Shown here: piece after piece, positions 36,371 through 48,239 of the stretch
Layout: each line of letters begins with the position of its first letter
Position numbering within the stretch: the first letter of the stretch is position 1
Source of the DNA: Lama guanicoe
Lineage: Eukaryota
Assembly: GCA_013239625.1 (NCBI GenBank)
Contig: MU057073.1
Span: 8,425,997-8,489,996 of the forward strand
Direction of reading: 5' to 3'
Length of the DNA stretch: 64,000 nt
Position numbers and translations under genes: made by a program
Notes under the pieces: model-generated
Databases searched by the model: none
What the model was told of the DNA's origin: nothing
The model's input: the letters and a program-made list of their open reading frames with translations, nothing else

Positions 36371-37720
36371 TGGGCCCACAGCTGCGAGTCCTTCAAGGTT
36401 GTGGAGCAGGAAGAGGAAATATGAAGGTCCTAGGATGGAGGGTGACACTGTGAACATGACAAGTCAGCTCACAGAACTCTATGGAATAGTTGTGACATGG
36501 TTTGGACACAGTTTGCTTGTTCCCCAGGGCTGCCCACCATCCACCAACGCATGTGGCTGGAGCAGGGAAAACCCACCATGATACTTGAAAGGTGTTCTCA
36601 TGGAATTGCCAGAAAACTGAAGCAGGGCCCCCTCAAGCCCAGATGGTCTGGGATGCACAACCTGGATTAATAAAATGGTTAGGAGTTTAGACTAGTCCTC
36701 TTGGAGTCACTGGGGTTTGTACATGTTCACAAGTTCAAGACAAAATGCATGTACGTGTATGTTTCAGATTTGCTTTATGAAGATGGAAAAAGCATTGCGC
36801 TGGTTGTAACTTCATAAGGCTGGGAGATCAGCCTCCAGATCCGCATCTTGAGATAAAATGGGGCAATTACTGAGGCAGGCCATCTGCTGGAACGGCTTCA
36901 GACGAAGCCCCAGCAGCCATAATTGAGGACTCCGACGGAACAGAGATGTTCCAAGAATGTTCCCAACCACCACGATTGCATCAGCCCTCTCTCAGGGAGC
37001 CTGGACAGAGGCTTCCAACCATGGGTGGCTGCCCCCTACTCCACCCCGTAGACAGCAGCTCAGGATTCCTGGGGCTGTGCCTGTGAGCCTTCACTTGAGC
37101 TGTCTCTGTTCCACTGGATGGCTGCCAGCCCAGTCCACCTTTGTCCAGAGGAAGGGAGAGGCGGGACCCCAGGACTGCTCAGACCTCCAAAGCCAAAAGA
37201 GAGGAGAGAGGACTCCAAAAGCAGGCTGGGTGGAGCTAATGGGAATCCGGTTTACCCCTGAGGACTGAGAGGCCTCTTCGCCCTCCAGACCCTGGGCTTT
37301 CTTCCCAAGGACTTTTATGGTCCCATGTCCTTCTTGTCAGGGAGAAGACGTCTTCAGACAGGCAGAGAGACACTGTTTTTCTGTCTTCACTGCAGAAAGG
37401 TCGTTGACCAGGGAACAAGCTGCAAGGGCCAGTAGGAAGCCACCTTCTTCAGGGAAGCATTGTCATGTCCCCCAAGTCACTATGTCAGCTGGGACTCCAT
37501 GCCTCTAAAAAGCCACAAGGGCCAGTCTAAGGTTTCCTCCCATGTTCTGAGTGGACTCAGTGCCCCCTATGAATTCCAGGGGGTTCCAGGGGGCTGTGCT
37601 CCCACGATGCTTTCAATCCCAGAGATGCTGCCTTGACTGAGTTGGGACCTAGTTTAGAGATTGTCTCATTTCTGTATATGCCCCTGGCTCCCTGTGGGCC
37701 TCAGCCCCTTTTCTTGATTT

Positions 37721-37722
<2 letters not shown>

Positions 37723-37770
<48 letters not shown>
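37723..37770 (+). repeat. Perfect (AC)24 microsatellite
   Basis: Uninterrupted AC run counted from the sequence. Confidence 0.97.
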
Positions 37771-37773
<3 letters not shown>

Positions 37774-38264
37774 CCTAAGGCCTTTGATTAGGTGTCAGAT
37801 TTTATTGGGTCAGATTTTGCTTATGTAATAAAGAGCTTAAACTTCTTTCTTGTTTATAAGAGCCATTGTCTTTCTCTCCTCTGCTTCTCAGGGACAAAAC
37901 ACCAGTCCATTTCCTTATGCAGAGTCTTTTTTTTTTCCATCCTTTCCATCTGCCTTTTCTTTTCTGACCTGATCTGAGGTTGATCTGTCACGTCTAAGTG
38001 CTTCTTCCAAAGACCAAAGTACTTTCCACCCAGAAAAGAGAGTGAGTTTAAATGATTTTCCCAAAGTCACATAGCTAGTGAATGTTGGTCAAGGTACAAA
38101 ACCCAGGTGCCCTGCTTTGTGGCTGAGAGCAAGGGAGGGAGAAGGATGAGGGACCCTGCTGTTGGTGAACTCGCTCGAGGGAGAGCCAGCCAGAGAGGAC
38201 ACTGAGCATGATCTTTTCCTCCTTGGCGTAGGGTCTGTTTCTGGATCTAATTCACCGTGATCTG

Positions 38265-38400
38265 TTTGGAAGCAGATCTCCCCTCACTTGAGCCTTCAGA
38301 TGAGACCAAAGCCACAGCCATGCTCAGATTCCTGACCCACAGACACTGTGAGATAATACATATTTATTGTTTTAAGCTGCTAAGTTTTGGAACGTTACAG
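38265..38400 (+). mobile_element. MaLR LTR 3' fragment (MLT1D/E-like)
   Basis: 'gagccttcagatgagacc...gattcctgacccacagacactgtgagataa...gttttaagctgctaagttttgg'. Confidence 0.75.
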
Positions 38401-38983
38401 GTCAATATCATCCACAAACAGAAGTGCCAATATCCTAAATAAAATATTAGTGAATTGGATCCAGAAATGTTTAAAAAGAGAAAACAAACCATAAATAAGT
38501 TAGATGTCTTCCCAATAGGCCAGGAGGAGTCAACATTAGAAAATATATGAGGCAAATGCACCATGTTAACAGCTTGAAAGAGACAAACCATACGATTACC
38601 CCAGTATTTCGGTAAAAAAAGCATTTCATTACATTCAATTTATGGTAGAAACTCTTAACAGCTATGAAGGGAATTTCAAGTTTGACAAAGAATATCTACC
38701 CAAAACCTACACCAAATATTCTACTCAATAGCGAAACGTTAAAATCTTTCCCTTTAAAATAAGAATAAGACAAAAATTTCTATCATTGTTTCTGTTTAAC
38801 ACTTTACGGGAGGTCCCAGTCAATACAGAAAGTAAGAAAAGAAATAAAGGATGTAGATACACAAAAGGAAGAAGCAGAAGTATCCTTATGCACAGATGAT
38901 AGCCTTGTCCACACAGAAAAACCTAGAAGAACTAATGGACAAATTTATCAGAACTAATAACAGAGCTTAGCAAGTTTGCTAGA

Positions 38984-39363
38984 TGTTATGGACTGAANNN
39001 NNNNNNNNNNNNNNNNNNNNNNNNNNNNNNNNNNNNNNNNNNNNNNNNNNNNNNNNNNNNNNNNNNNNNNNNNNNNNNNNNNNNNNNNNNNNNNNNNNNN
39101 NNNNNNNNNNNNNNNNNNNNNNNNNNNNNNNNNNNNNNNNNNNNNNNNNNNNNNTCTCCACGTGTGCGCAGAGGAAAGGCAATTTGAGGACACTGTGAGA
39201 AGGTCGCTGTCTGCAGTCCAAGGAAAGAGGCTTTACCAGAAACTACCTCTGGCAGCACCCTGAGCTTGGACTTGGTCTCCAGAACTGTGAGAAAATAAAA
39301 TTCTGTTGTTTAAGCCACTCAGTCTGTGGTATGCTGTTATGGCTTAAGCAGAATAATATTAAA
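38984..39363 (+). mobile_element. MaLR solo LTR MLT1A-like (N-masked 38998-39154)
   Basis: Start 'tgttatggactgaa'; 'ctccagaactgtgagaaaataaattctgttgtttaagccactcagtctgtggt'; 5-bp TSD CTAGA at 38979-38983 and 39364-39368. Confidence 0.9.
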
Positions 39364-40110
39364 CTAGATATAAAAGAAATACATGCTTATACTAATTGCA
39401 TTTCTACATATCAACAATGAACAATTAAAATGCAGTAAAAGGTTATCATTCGCAGCAGCAACAAAAATTAAGGTATCTTGGACTAGAACAAGCCAAATAG
39501 ATCGAGACAAAGTGGAAAACTATAAAAATGTGTTGAAAGGCATTAAAATATCTAAATACCTGGAAGGACACACATCTGAATAGATAGGAAAGCTTAATAT
39601 CTGATACATCAGTTCTTTCCAAATTGACTTATTGATTCAATGCCATTTCTATCAAACTCCCAGGGGTTTTCTCTCTCTCTCTCTTTTTTTTAAAGAAATT
39701 TGACAGATTTTTAAAATTTATACAAAAGATCCAAAGGTCAAGAATACAAAAGACCCTCCTGAAGAAGAAAATAGCAGTCAGAGTAACTCGCCCTGGCAGG
39801 TGGTAGGAGTGTTAGATGATTATAATTAATACAGTGGTGTGTATGAACAAGGACAAGTAGACCAAAGGAACAGAAGAGATATCCAGAAACAGATCAGCAC
39901 ATTGTGCAGACCTGGTATGGGATAGGTTGACAGATGGAGGGAAAGAAAAGTTGGACTGGTCAATAAATGGAACTAAAACAATGATAATTTATATTGGAAA
40001 AAAAAATGGATCCCTACCTCACACCATGAATAAAAGTCATCTCAGATGGATTAAGATATTTCAATGTAACATGCAAAACTTCTGAAATTTTGAAATAAAA
40101 TTTAAGATAA

Positions 40111-40481
40111 TTTTTTATTGAAGTATTGTTGATTTACAATATTGTATTAGTTTCTGTTAAACAGCATGGTGATTCAGTTATACATATATATTCTTTTTCA
40201 TTATAGGTTACTACAGGATATTGAGTATAGTTCACTGTGCAATACAGTAGGACCTTGTTGTTTATCTATTTTATATATATTAGTGTATATCTGCAAATCC
40301 CAAGCTCCTAACTTATCCCCCCACTCTGGCAACCACAATTTTGTTTTCTATATGTGTGAGTCTGTTTCTATAAATAAGTTCATTTGTGTCATTTTTTAAA
40401 GATTTCACATATAAGTGATAATTGTATGATATTTGTCTTTCTCTGTCTGACGTGTAGTATGATAATCCCTAGGTTCATCCA
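40111..40481 (-). mobile_element. 5'-truncated cetartiodactyl L1 3' UTR
   Basis: 'ttttttattgaagtattgttgatttacaatattgtattagtttctg...acagtaggaccttgttgtttatctatt'; TSD TTAAGATAA at 40102-40110 and 40482-40490. Confidence 0.9.
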
Positions 40482-40695
40482 TTAAGATAAAATTTTAATG
40501 AAGTCAAAATTACCAATCTTTTCTTTTAAGGCTTGTGATTTTGGGGGTCATCTTTAAGAAAAATGGTCCCTACCTAAAAGCCATAGAGATATAGAAGTTC
40601 TGATTGTCAAAAGATTTCAAGAAAAGTGAATAAACAAGCTTTGAACTAGAACAGATTTTTGTAAAACATAATTGACAAGAGATTAACATCTAGAA

Positions 40696-40950
40696 CAGCG
40701 CTGCTCAATAGAAATACAATGAAAGATTCATGACTTATAAGTTTTGGTAGCCATAATAGAAAAGGAAAAGGGGGAAACAAGTAAAATTAGTTTTAATTAA
40801 TGTTAATAATATATAATGAATGTAATAAAGTGTTTAACAGAAAATATTTTTACATTGTTTCAGCTTTTAAATTTAATTAAAATTAAATAAAATTATAAAT
40901 TCAGGTCCTTCTCAGCACTCATCACATTTTCCACTTGGTGGTGGCTGAAC
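40696..40950. mobile_element. MER33/MER3-like hAT-Charlie MITE
   Basis: 'cagcgctgctcaatagaaatacaatg', 'aattaaaattaaataaaattataaattcagg...cacattttc...gtggctg'. Confidence 0.7.
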
Positions 40951-41379
40951 CTTTGCTTTCAGCTGTCTAAATGTCCACTTTTGGGACGAAGATTACATTT
41001 TAAATGACCCAGACACATGCCTTTTCTCAATTTCCTGGGCTTGGAGAACAAGAAGAGAATTATTTTCTTTTGGAAGTTAAAATTATTATTTTAAAAGCAA
41101 TATAACAACTGTAAGAAATCTCTGAACAAAGGGAAAAAGATCCCTTATAGTTTTACTTTGCACATTCCCATGCAGCCCTTGACACCCTCCACACCATGTG
41201 CCTCATACATGTGTTCACGCATATACACACAGTCCCACAGTTGCACACCAGACTAAGTTCTGCGCTTGTCCCCTCCATTCACCCTCCCAAAGCCCTTAGC
41301 CCCAGCATCTAGTACACAGTAGGTGTTCAATAAATTCTCACTGAATAAGTGGTCTCTGCAGCCCTGTCTTCTCTACTCT

Positions 41380-42400
41380 TTAACAATTATTGTTACAGAA
41401 AACACATTTCCAGTTTGCAGCATTGTCTTCATATCCAAAGGCTGAAGAGCATTCCGTGAAGGATTAAGCCACTAGTACATCACAAGGAACTTTATAAGAG
41501 TTGCATTTATAGACAGCACTGCAAAGAACCTCTATCTACCTGCATGCATCTTTATCTTCTACTGAACTGTGTCTTCAGCGTGCCATCTCCAGGGTGGTCA
41601 TGCCAGGCTACAACCTGTGGTCGTATTTACAGCTCCTGAGATATGATACCAAATAGCCTTCCAAAAAGGTCATGCCAATTCCCGCTGCCAGCCAGCCCTG
41701 CATTACAACGTAACATTGCCAGTAGTGTGTGTACTGTTAAAATGATTTCTTTTGCTAACTAAAGTGTATTGGTTAAAGCTTGCATTTGGCTGAATGTTTA
41801 TGTTTTGTTTCATCAGACTTGCCTGTCTTTTCCTTTGCAAATTTTTTCTTTGGCTTCAAGGCTTAGAAAATAACTGCACTTCCAGGAGCCTGAGAAATAT
41901 TTGGTTCTATTTTCTGCTAGACTTTTCAGATAATTTAATTTTTTATGGGTAGCTTTATTGGAAAAAATAATCGAATAACATAGCGGAAAATTTTGTAATA
42001 CAGAAGAAAATTAGTCATACTTAACACCGTCACTTGGTCTGTACAACTGTCATTTTTTTGGAGCTCGTCTCTGTATTTTTCCATGGGTGTACATATTTTA
42101 CATAGTTTTAGTCCTGAGCTGTGATGATGTTATATTCTGTTTTTTCACTTAACATAATGGCATAAGCATTTTTCCATGTCGCCTCCTAGTCTCCTTAAGA
42201 ATCATTTTAATGGCTACATAATACTTTATTGAGTGAATGTACCTTATAATTGATTAACCAATCTCTTCTTTTTAGGTACTTGTTTCCTTCAAATTTTTAC
42301 TATTGAAATAATTCAGTGATAAGTATTTTTACACCTAAGATCTTTTTGGATTATTTCTTAAGAACAGAATCTCAGAACCACATTCCTGGTAAAGGATATT
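41380..42400 (-). mobile_element. Highly decayed L1ME fragments
   Basis: 'taccaaatagccttccaaaaagg', 'ttttttcacttaacataat...ttttaatggctacataatact'. Confidence 0.6.
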
Positions 42401-42404
42401 AAAT

Positions 42405-42740
42405 CACAGCAGACACAGTTGCCTGCCTAGTACCCTCTCCCTTTCTTCCTTATAAACAGAAACATGGATTCTGTTCAGGGTAGCAACGTTCTTAGTTTAA
42501 AATTACTTTCCCAGATTCCTTTGCAGTTGGTGTTGCTCTTTGACTCAATGAGGAGCAAACAGCAGTCTATAACTTCAGGTTACTGGGAAAACTATTGCTC
42601 TCTGGTTTCAGGAGTGGTTTTGAGACCAAGGGAATGGAAGTCAACCTGTAAGCTGGTACAGCAGGAAGAGAGAAGGAGTCTGGCTGTGAGGACACCACAG
42701 AGACAGTGTATCAGCCCTGGACCCTATCTCTCGACTCCTG
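42405..42740 (+). mobile_element. MaLR LTR (MLT1J-like)
   Basis: 'ctttcccagattcctttgcagttgg', 'gcaggaagagagaaggagtctgg', 'atcagccctggaccct'. Confidence 0.65.
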
Positions 42741-42859
42741 GGGTAGTTTTCATAAGTCTATCCATGATTTTTGAAGATGTTTGAGAATACCATGTCAGAA
42801 TTCCTGGTGTTTCCCAGAGTGGATTGAGGATGGGGGACATTTAAGGGAGAAAAATAAAG

Positions 42860-43070
42860 GTGCTAAGCATCTCTTAGTTACACACCAAGTGCCTTACATA
42901 CTTACCCTTCATGAGCAGCTAAGGAGGCAGCTATTATCATCCCATTTCACAGATAAGGAAGTAGGAGCACAGAGAGCTTAAGCAATTTTTTCCAGGTCTC
43001 CTGACTATTAGGTGATAAAGCTAGGACTCAAATTCAGATCTGTTTAATGAAAACTTCCATGATCTCGCTG
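42860..43070 (-). mobile_element. MIR SINE
   Basis: 'attatcatcccatttcacagataaggaagtaggagcacagagagcttaagcaatttttccaggtc'. Confidence 0.85.
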
Positions 43071-44489
43071 TCTCAAAGAGAAACTGGCTGCAGCATGGAG
43101 GGAAAGGCGAGCCCCATTCATTCAGAAAACCAATGCTGTTGGCATCAGAAGGAAGCAGGAACAAGCGGGGATTGTTTGCATCTAAGTCAGGGGACAATAT
43201 TTGTGTCTGAGTTATTGTCCCCTATGCTAGGTTCTCTGCAAACTCATGGTCACAACTATGCTCCACTTCTGATTTTAAGTTTCCTTCTAGTCATTATTTT
43301 TAAAAAATTCAAAAGCAGTAAATGCCCATTGCAGAAAACTTGGACAATACAAAGAAAAAAAAAAACCGATTCAGAATGCCATTCCCAGAGTTAATTACTA
43401 TGAACATTTTCACGTATTTTCCTTCCGGTCTTTTTTCCCACAGTGGTATTATTTACACACTTCCATGAAGTTTTATTTCCTAGTTCCTACTCGGCCTGAC
43501 TAGTAAGCTTTCAAAAAACACATACTCAGTGAATGGATAAGTAAATGGATGACTGTATTCTAGATCTTAGCAGAGTTCCTGTCACATATCAGGCCATCAA
43601 TAAATCTTTGTTGGATGAATGTATAAGGAAACAAATAAATGCTTTTTATCTGAGTTCCTAGCCTGGTAGATAGTAGCTGCTCACTGAAATTGAAGAAAGT
43701 AATTAAATGCTGATTTCTATAACATTTTATGAGAAACATGTTCTCGTTTTATGACAAATTCTTTACTGTTATTACTTTTAATGGCTGCATAATATTCCCC
43801 TACTTTGTGTTTATTGCCCCTCTATTGTTGGATATTTAAAGAGTTTAAATGTTTTCACTATCATATAAAATGTTATGGTTAATATTTATGTGCATAACTT
43901 TTTGTACATAGTTTAAATAGATTCCTCAGCATGGAATTCTTGGGTCCAAATTTTTGATATATTAATATTTTTGATATCACTCTATTCAAAAATACTATTT
44001 GGATCTATGTCCAGACCAGCACAGTATGCACACACTTATCTCATTTTATGCTCAACAGCCTTGAATCTTATCAATGTTTTTTTTTTTTCATCACAATTGC
44101 ATTTTTTGCTGACAGCTAAGTGTTCTGAGAAGTTCAAGGATGAACAAGATGCGGGAAGTCCAAAATGACCATTTTAGAAGTTGGGTTCATTTAATCCTCC
44201 TAAGTCCATGAAGGGATTTATCTTTCTAGTGACTGGGTTGTAACGATGGGCTCAGGCCCCTGTACAATGAGAAGCAGAAGATGGTCTTCCCAGTTCTTTC
44301 CAGTTCTGGGTTTTTCTCAGGCCTCCATAGGCATGTAGATTTCTCTCCTGCTCAGCATTGGTCCTTTTTGTCAAGTGCACACTCAGCTGAGTGCTAATTA
44401 TGTGGTTTAATTGGGCTTAACTCTGGCTTGGCTCTGACAAGGGCTTAGCCTTTGGATAACAATTAAAAAATGATATTTGTAAACTTCAG

Positions 44490-44700
44490 TATAATTTTCA
44501 AATCAACTTTATATGCTTCAGTTCCTTTGAATCTCAAAATATTCCTGAGAGAATAGGTACTACTATTACACTCATTGGAGGGAAGCATGGGGTTAATGGT
44601 GCTCTACTGACTCACCTGAGGTCACATGGTCACACCTGGTGGAAACAGGACTTGAACTCAGGTTTTTGGACTCCAGGTCCCAGGGTTTTTCTATACTCCT
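44490..44700 (-). mobile_element. MIR SINE
   Basis: 'tgactcacctgaggtcacatgg...caggacttgaactcaggtttttggactccaggtcc'. Confidence 0.7.
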
Positions 44701-44723
44701 AGGGACTGAATAAACACCCACAA

Positions 44724-45141
44724 CTGGTCAGAACCAATGTCTGATTCTTTTTTCCTTCCTGGGCATATGCAGAATGCACTTTCCAGCCTCCGCACCGTGA
44801 GGCAGGGTCATGTGACTAGTTCTGGTCAATGAAGTGTGAGAGGAAGTGATGCGTGTCATTTCCAGACAGAGGCAAGGGAGAGCTCTTGTGTGACTGATCC
44901 TCTTTTCTGGCCCTCCCTGGACTGAGGTCTTGATGGAGAAGGAGGAAATGGTGAGATGGTGAAGACACATGAATGATGCATCCTGAATCCTGCATCACCA
45001 CATGGAGCATGGCTGTACTGGAGAAACACCCAGAGCTGAACGGAAGCTTGTGTGTGTGAGCAACCAAACTTTGAGTCAAGTTCCTGAGATTTGAGGATTA
45101 TTTGTCACTGCAGCCTGGTCTAGCCCATCCAAACTAATACA
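44724..45141 (+). mobile_element. MaLR solo LTR (MLT1H/I-like)
   Basis: 'ggtcatgtgactagttctggtcaatgaagtgtgagaggaagtgatgcgtgtcatttcc'; ends 'ctagcccatccaaactaataca'. Confidence 0.8.
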
Positions 45142-45370
45142 AGGAATTTATACTTAAATGGACGTGTTCTAGGAGGCCCATCCTGTGGTGTGGTGGAACC
45201 TAGCTATGAAGTTTGTCCCTCTCTTGCTTTGTGAGCTTGATCAAGTCCCTTTTACTTTATGAATCTCAGTTTTCTTCTCTCCAATATTAAATGATTGGAT
45301 ATAGGCAGTACGCAAGTGCGTGTTTTATTATCTTTTAAGGAAAGAGCTCTTTTTGTTGACTACTACCTTG

Positions 45371-45512
45371 TTTTAAAGCTTTTTTGGGGGAGAGGTAATT
45401 AGCTTTGTTTGTTTGTTTGTTTGTTTGTTTGTTTTTGACGGTACTGGGGATTGAACCCAGGACCTCGTGCATACTAAGCATGTGCTTTACTACTGAGCTA
45501 TCCTCCTCCACC
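45371..45512 (-). mobile_element. tRNA-Ala-derived camelid SINE (Vic-1-like), long form with (TTTG)n
   Basis: 'ggtactggggattgaacccaggacctcgtgcatactaagcatgtgctttactactgagctat' plus the 'gaggtaattag' segment; TSD tgactactaccttg (45357-45370) / tgaatactactttg (45513-45526). Confidence 0.9.
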
Positions 45513-46695
45513 TGAATACTACTTTGAATGATCTAAGACACTTAAAACTGCTGCTTGGCTGGTGAAAGACATTGAGTGGGGATTCCTGAACCAGACCTGC
45601 TTGGTCTTCTCTCAGCTTGGCCTGCCCCCTGGTTCCCAGAGTCCACCCAACACCCCTCTGGGGCTCCTCACAGCCCTGGCTGGAGAGTCCAGGACCCTAG
45701 GGGAATCTGGATTATTTTCTGGAACTATGGAGATACTGGGCATCTATTCCAGGCTGTAGGCCCTGTGAATTTCTTCCCATCAAAGCAAGGATTCCTTTCA
45801 GATGGCAAATGATTTTCTTCATGAAATCTGTGATCATTTTCTGCTTTTGGCACATGTTTCCCGGGTATGTACTACGTGTTGGTCCTTGTCCTAAGCACTG
45901 GGGATTCAGAATCGACTAAGACTCAGCTTCTGTTCCGAGGCATTACCATACCATGAGAGACAGGGGAGAGGACTGGAGGTAAAAAGCAATAAATACATTT
46001 TATTTGTTACAATTATACCTACAATATGGCTATTTTTGAGCCCCATTATGTTCTAAACACTTTGGATAAATTATTTTGACTCTTCGTTGCCACTCAGGTA
46101 TTAGCTTCCTGGGTGTTTCTTAATACAGCCTTGGGGTCCCTTTTCCTTTGAACAGTTTAAGGGGAATGGCTTGAACCCCTACCCTGTGTGTGAGGGGACC
46201 CCCATCAGCACCCTCTACCCAATGTCTCTGGAAGATCTTGATTGAAGGTGTTATGTTTCTCCTCACCTTCACCAACTCTAAGCTCTGCTTCCAATGACTC
46301 CCCTGTTCCCTCATCTCCCCTCCTGTGTTCTGGCCCATTCTGCATGGTCCCTCCTGCAACCTGGATTTCCCCCCAACCCCCGAAGAAAGACAGGCACGGG
46401 GGCTTGAGCGCAAACAGGCTGCAGGCCCGGCAGCGCAGCGATGCACACAGCCTAGGATGGAATATGGGACGGTCAGGAGACAATGCATCTTCCTCGGGAA
46501 GACGTGCCCTGATGGGACTTCTCTGCGGCTGCCCCTCCCACCTACCTTGCCATGCTCTCTGAATCCCCCAGACACCTCAAATAATCTCTGCTTCCATTTC
46601 ACTCTCTTTCTAGAACTTCTCCCCCAACCTTTTGGTCCAAGTCTGTGGCCCATCAACATATTTTGCTGCACAAGATGCCAGAGGCCCTGCATCTT

Positions 46696-47034
46696 TTTTT
46701 TTTTTAACATTTTTTATTGATTTATAACCATTTTACAATGTTGTGTCAAATTCCAGTGTAGAGCACAATTTTTCAGTTATACATGAACATATATATATTC
46801 ATTGTCACATTTTTTTCTCTGTGAGCTACCATAAGATCTTGTGTATATTTCCCTGTGCCATACAGTATAATCTTGTTTATCTATTCTACAATTTTGAAAT
46901 CCTGTCTATTCCTTCCCACCCTCCACCCCCTTGGCAACCACAAGTTTGTATTCTATGTCTATGAGTCTGTTTCTGTTTTCTATTTATGCTTTTTTTTGTT
47001 TGTTTTTGTTTTTCGGATTTCACATATGAGCGAT
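46696..47034 (-). mobile_element. Young 5'-truncated camelid-type L1 3' end
   Basis: PolyT, then 'tttttattgatttataaccattttacaatgttgtgtcaaattccagtgtagagcac'; perfect 15-bp TSD GAGGCCCTGCATCTT at 46681-46695 and 47035-47049. Confidence 0.92.
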
Positions 47035-47284
47035 GAGGCCCTGCATCTTAAAATTTATTTTTCTTGTGACTTGAACAAACTCTTTGTCATGACTTTGTCC
47101 CTCCTGTCTCTGTAGGTGGAAGGGACCAGTACCGAGATTTATCCTTCCCTGATACAAATGACACTGTGTCATGGATCATCCCCACTCCCTTCCCTCAAGC
47201 CTCTGCTTGGAAGGCACAGTGGCTACCTTCCCTTTCCTTTCTTCCTTTTCTTAAGAACACCACCCTTTTCATGCCCATCAAGCA

Positions 47285-47890
47285 CTATCAAATTTACTGT
47301 TCATAGATTCCATATTTGTGAATTTGCCTCCATGCTAAAATTTATCTGTAGCCCCCAAGTCAATACTTGGGGGCACTTTTGAAGCCTTCCACGGACATGC
47401 ACAGAGCGGTGAAACGTTTGGGTTGTCCAATGTGCCGATGTTCCCACCTGAAGTTAAACCAAGGAGATGCTCAGCCTTCTAGTTTCCGCTTGCAGGCTGG
47501 AAACAAGAGTCCTGGTTGCTGTCTGTTTAGTGCTACATTTTTGTACCTTTTGTTGGTGACTTCCCTGTTATAGTGGACCCACGTAGCGTAAGACCGTCAA
47601 GCTCAGGAAGGCTGGGACGTGTCTTCCAGAGAAGATCCATGCGTTCCTTCGGGTGTGAGTTGCAGAGTTGGCCGAGTTCAGTGTTGACGAGTCAGCAATA
47701 TGTATTGAATAAGACGTCTCTAAACAGAAACACACATCAAACAAGGTTACGTGTTGATCAGTTGATAAAAATATTGTGACCAGAGGCTCTCAGGAGCCTG
47801 ATCCTGTGTTTCCCCCAGGAGCAATGGTTCAGAAATGGCTAACTCAGTGTTTACAGAACACAAGCACGGCAAATAAGGAGCCCCCACCAT
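47285..47890 (+). mobile_element. MER82-like TcMar-Tigger DNA transposon
   Basis: 'gattccatatttgtgaatttgcctccatgctaaaatttatctgtagcccccaagtcaatac...ggacatgcacagagcggtgaaa', 'aaacagaaacacacatcaaacaaggtta', 'gtgaccagaggctctcaggagcct'. Confidence 0.85.
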
Positions 47891-48239
47891 GCTTACTTGT
47901 CCTCATTTTATACATAAGGAAAGTGAGCTCAGAAAAGCTGGTTGCCAAGTTCACGTCCAGCTGGCAGGCGCTAAGTCCCCTGCTCTTTCCACCAAACCAG
48001 CCGCCCCCACGTTCTTGCTCCCTCCTCTCCCATCTGAAACCTTTGAAGTGAGGTTTATTTTCTATCCCTTAAGGGGTTATGCAAAACTTGCCCAGCCCTT
48101 CTTGTCCCCTGCATTTTAATTGTCCCATTTCAATCGGCTGGGGGCTGGGATGGGTAACCTATCCCCCCATCCGCAGGCTGCGCAGGGTACAAGGGTCCCC
48201 GTTTCAAATTGTCCCACCCCTCCAACTTTGAAGCTTAAT

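Larger units (their letters stand above)
38400..40690 (+). mobile_element. Old L1M (L1ME-like) ORF2 remnant, interrupted by MLT1A and a younger L1
   Basis: 'aaagaatatctacccaaaacctacacc', 'tatccttatgcacagatgatagcc' (FADD region), 'gatccctacctcacaccat', 'attgacaagagattaacatctaga'. Confidence 0.8.

Noticed and set aside
46120-46720. 196-aa (-) and 131-aa (+) ORFs
   Set aside because: They overlap the L1 polyT tail, show no domain similarity and have no convincing splice context
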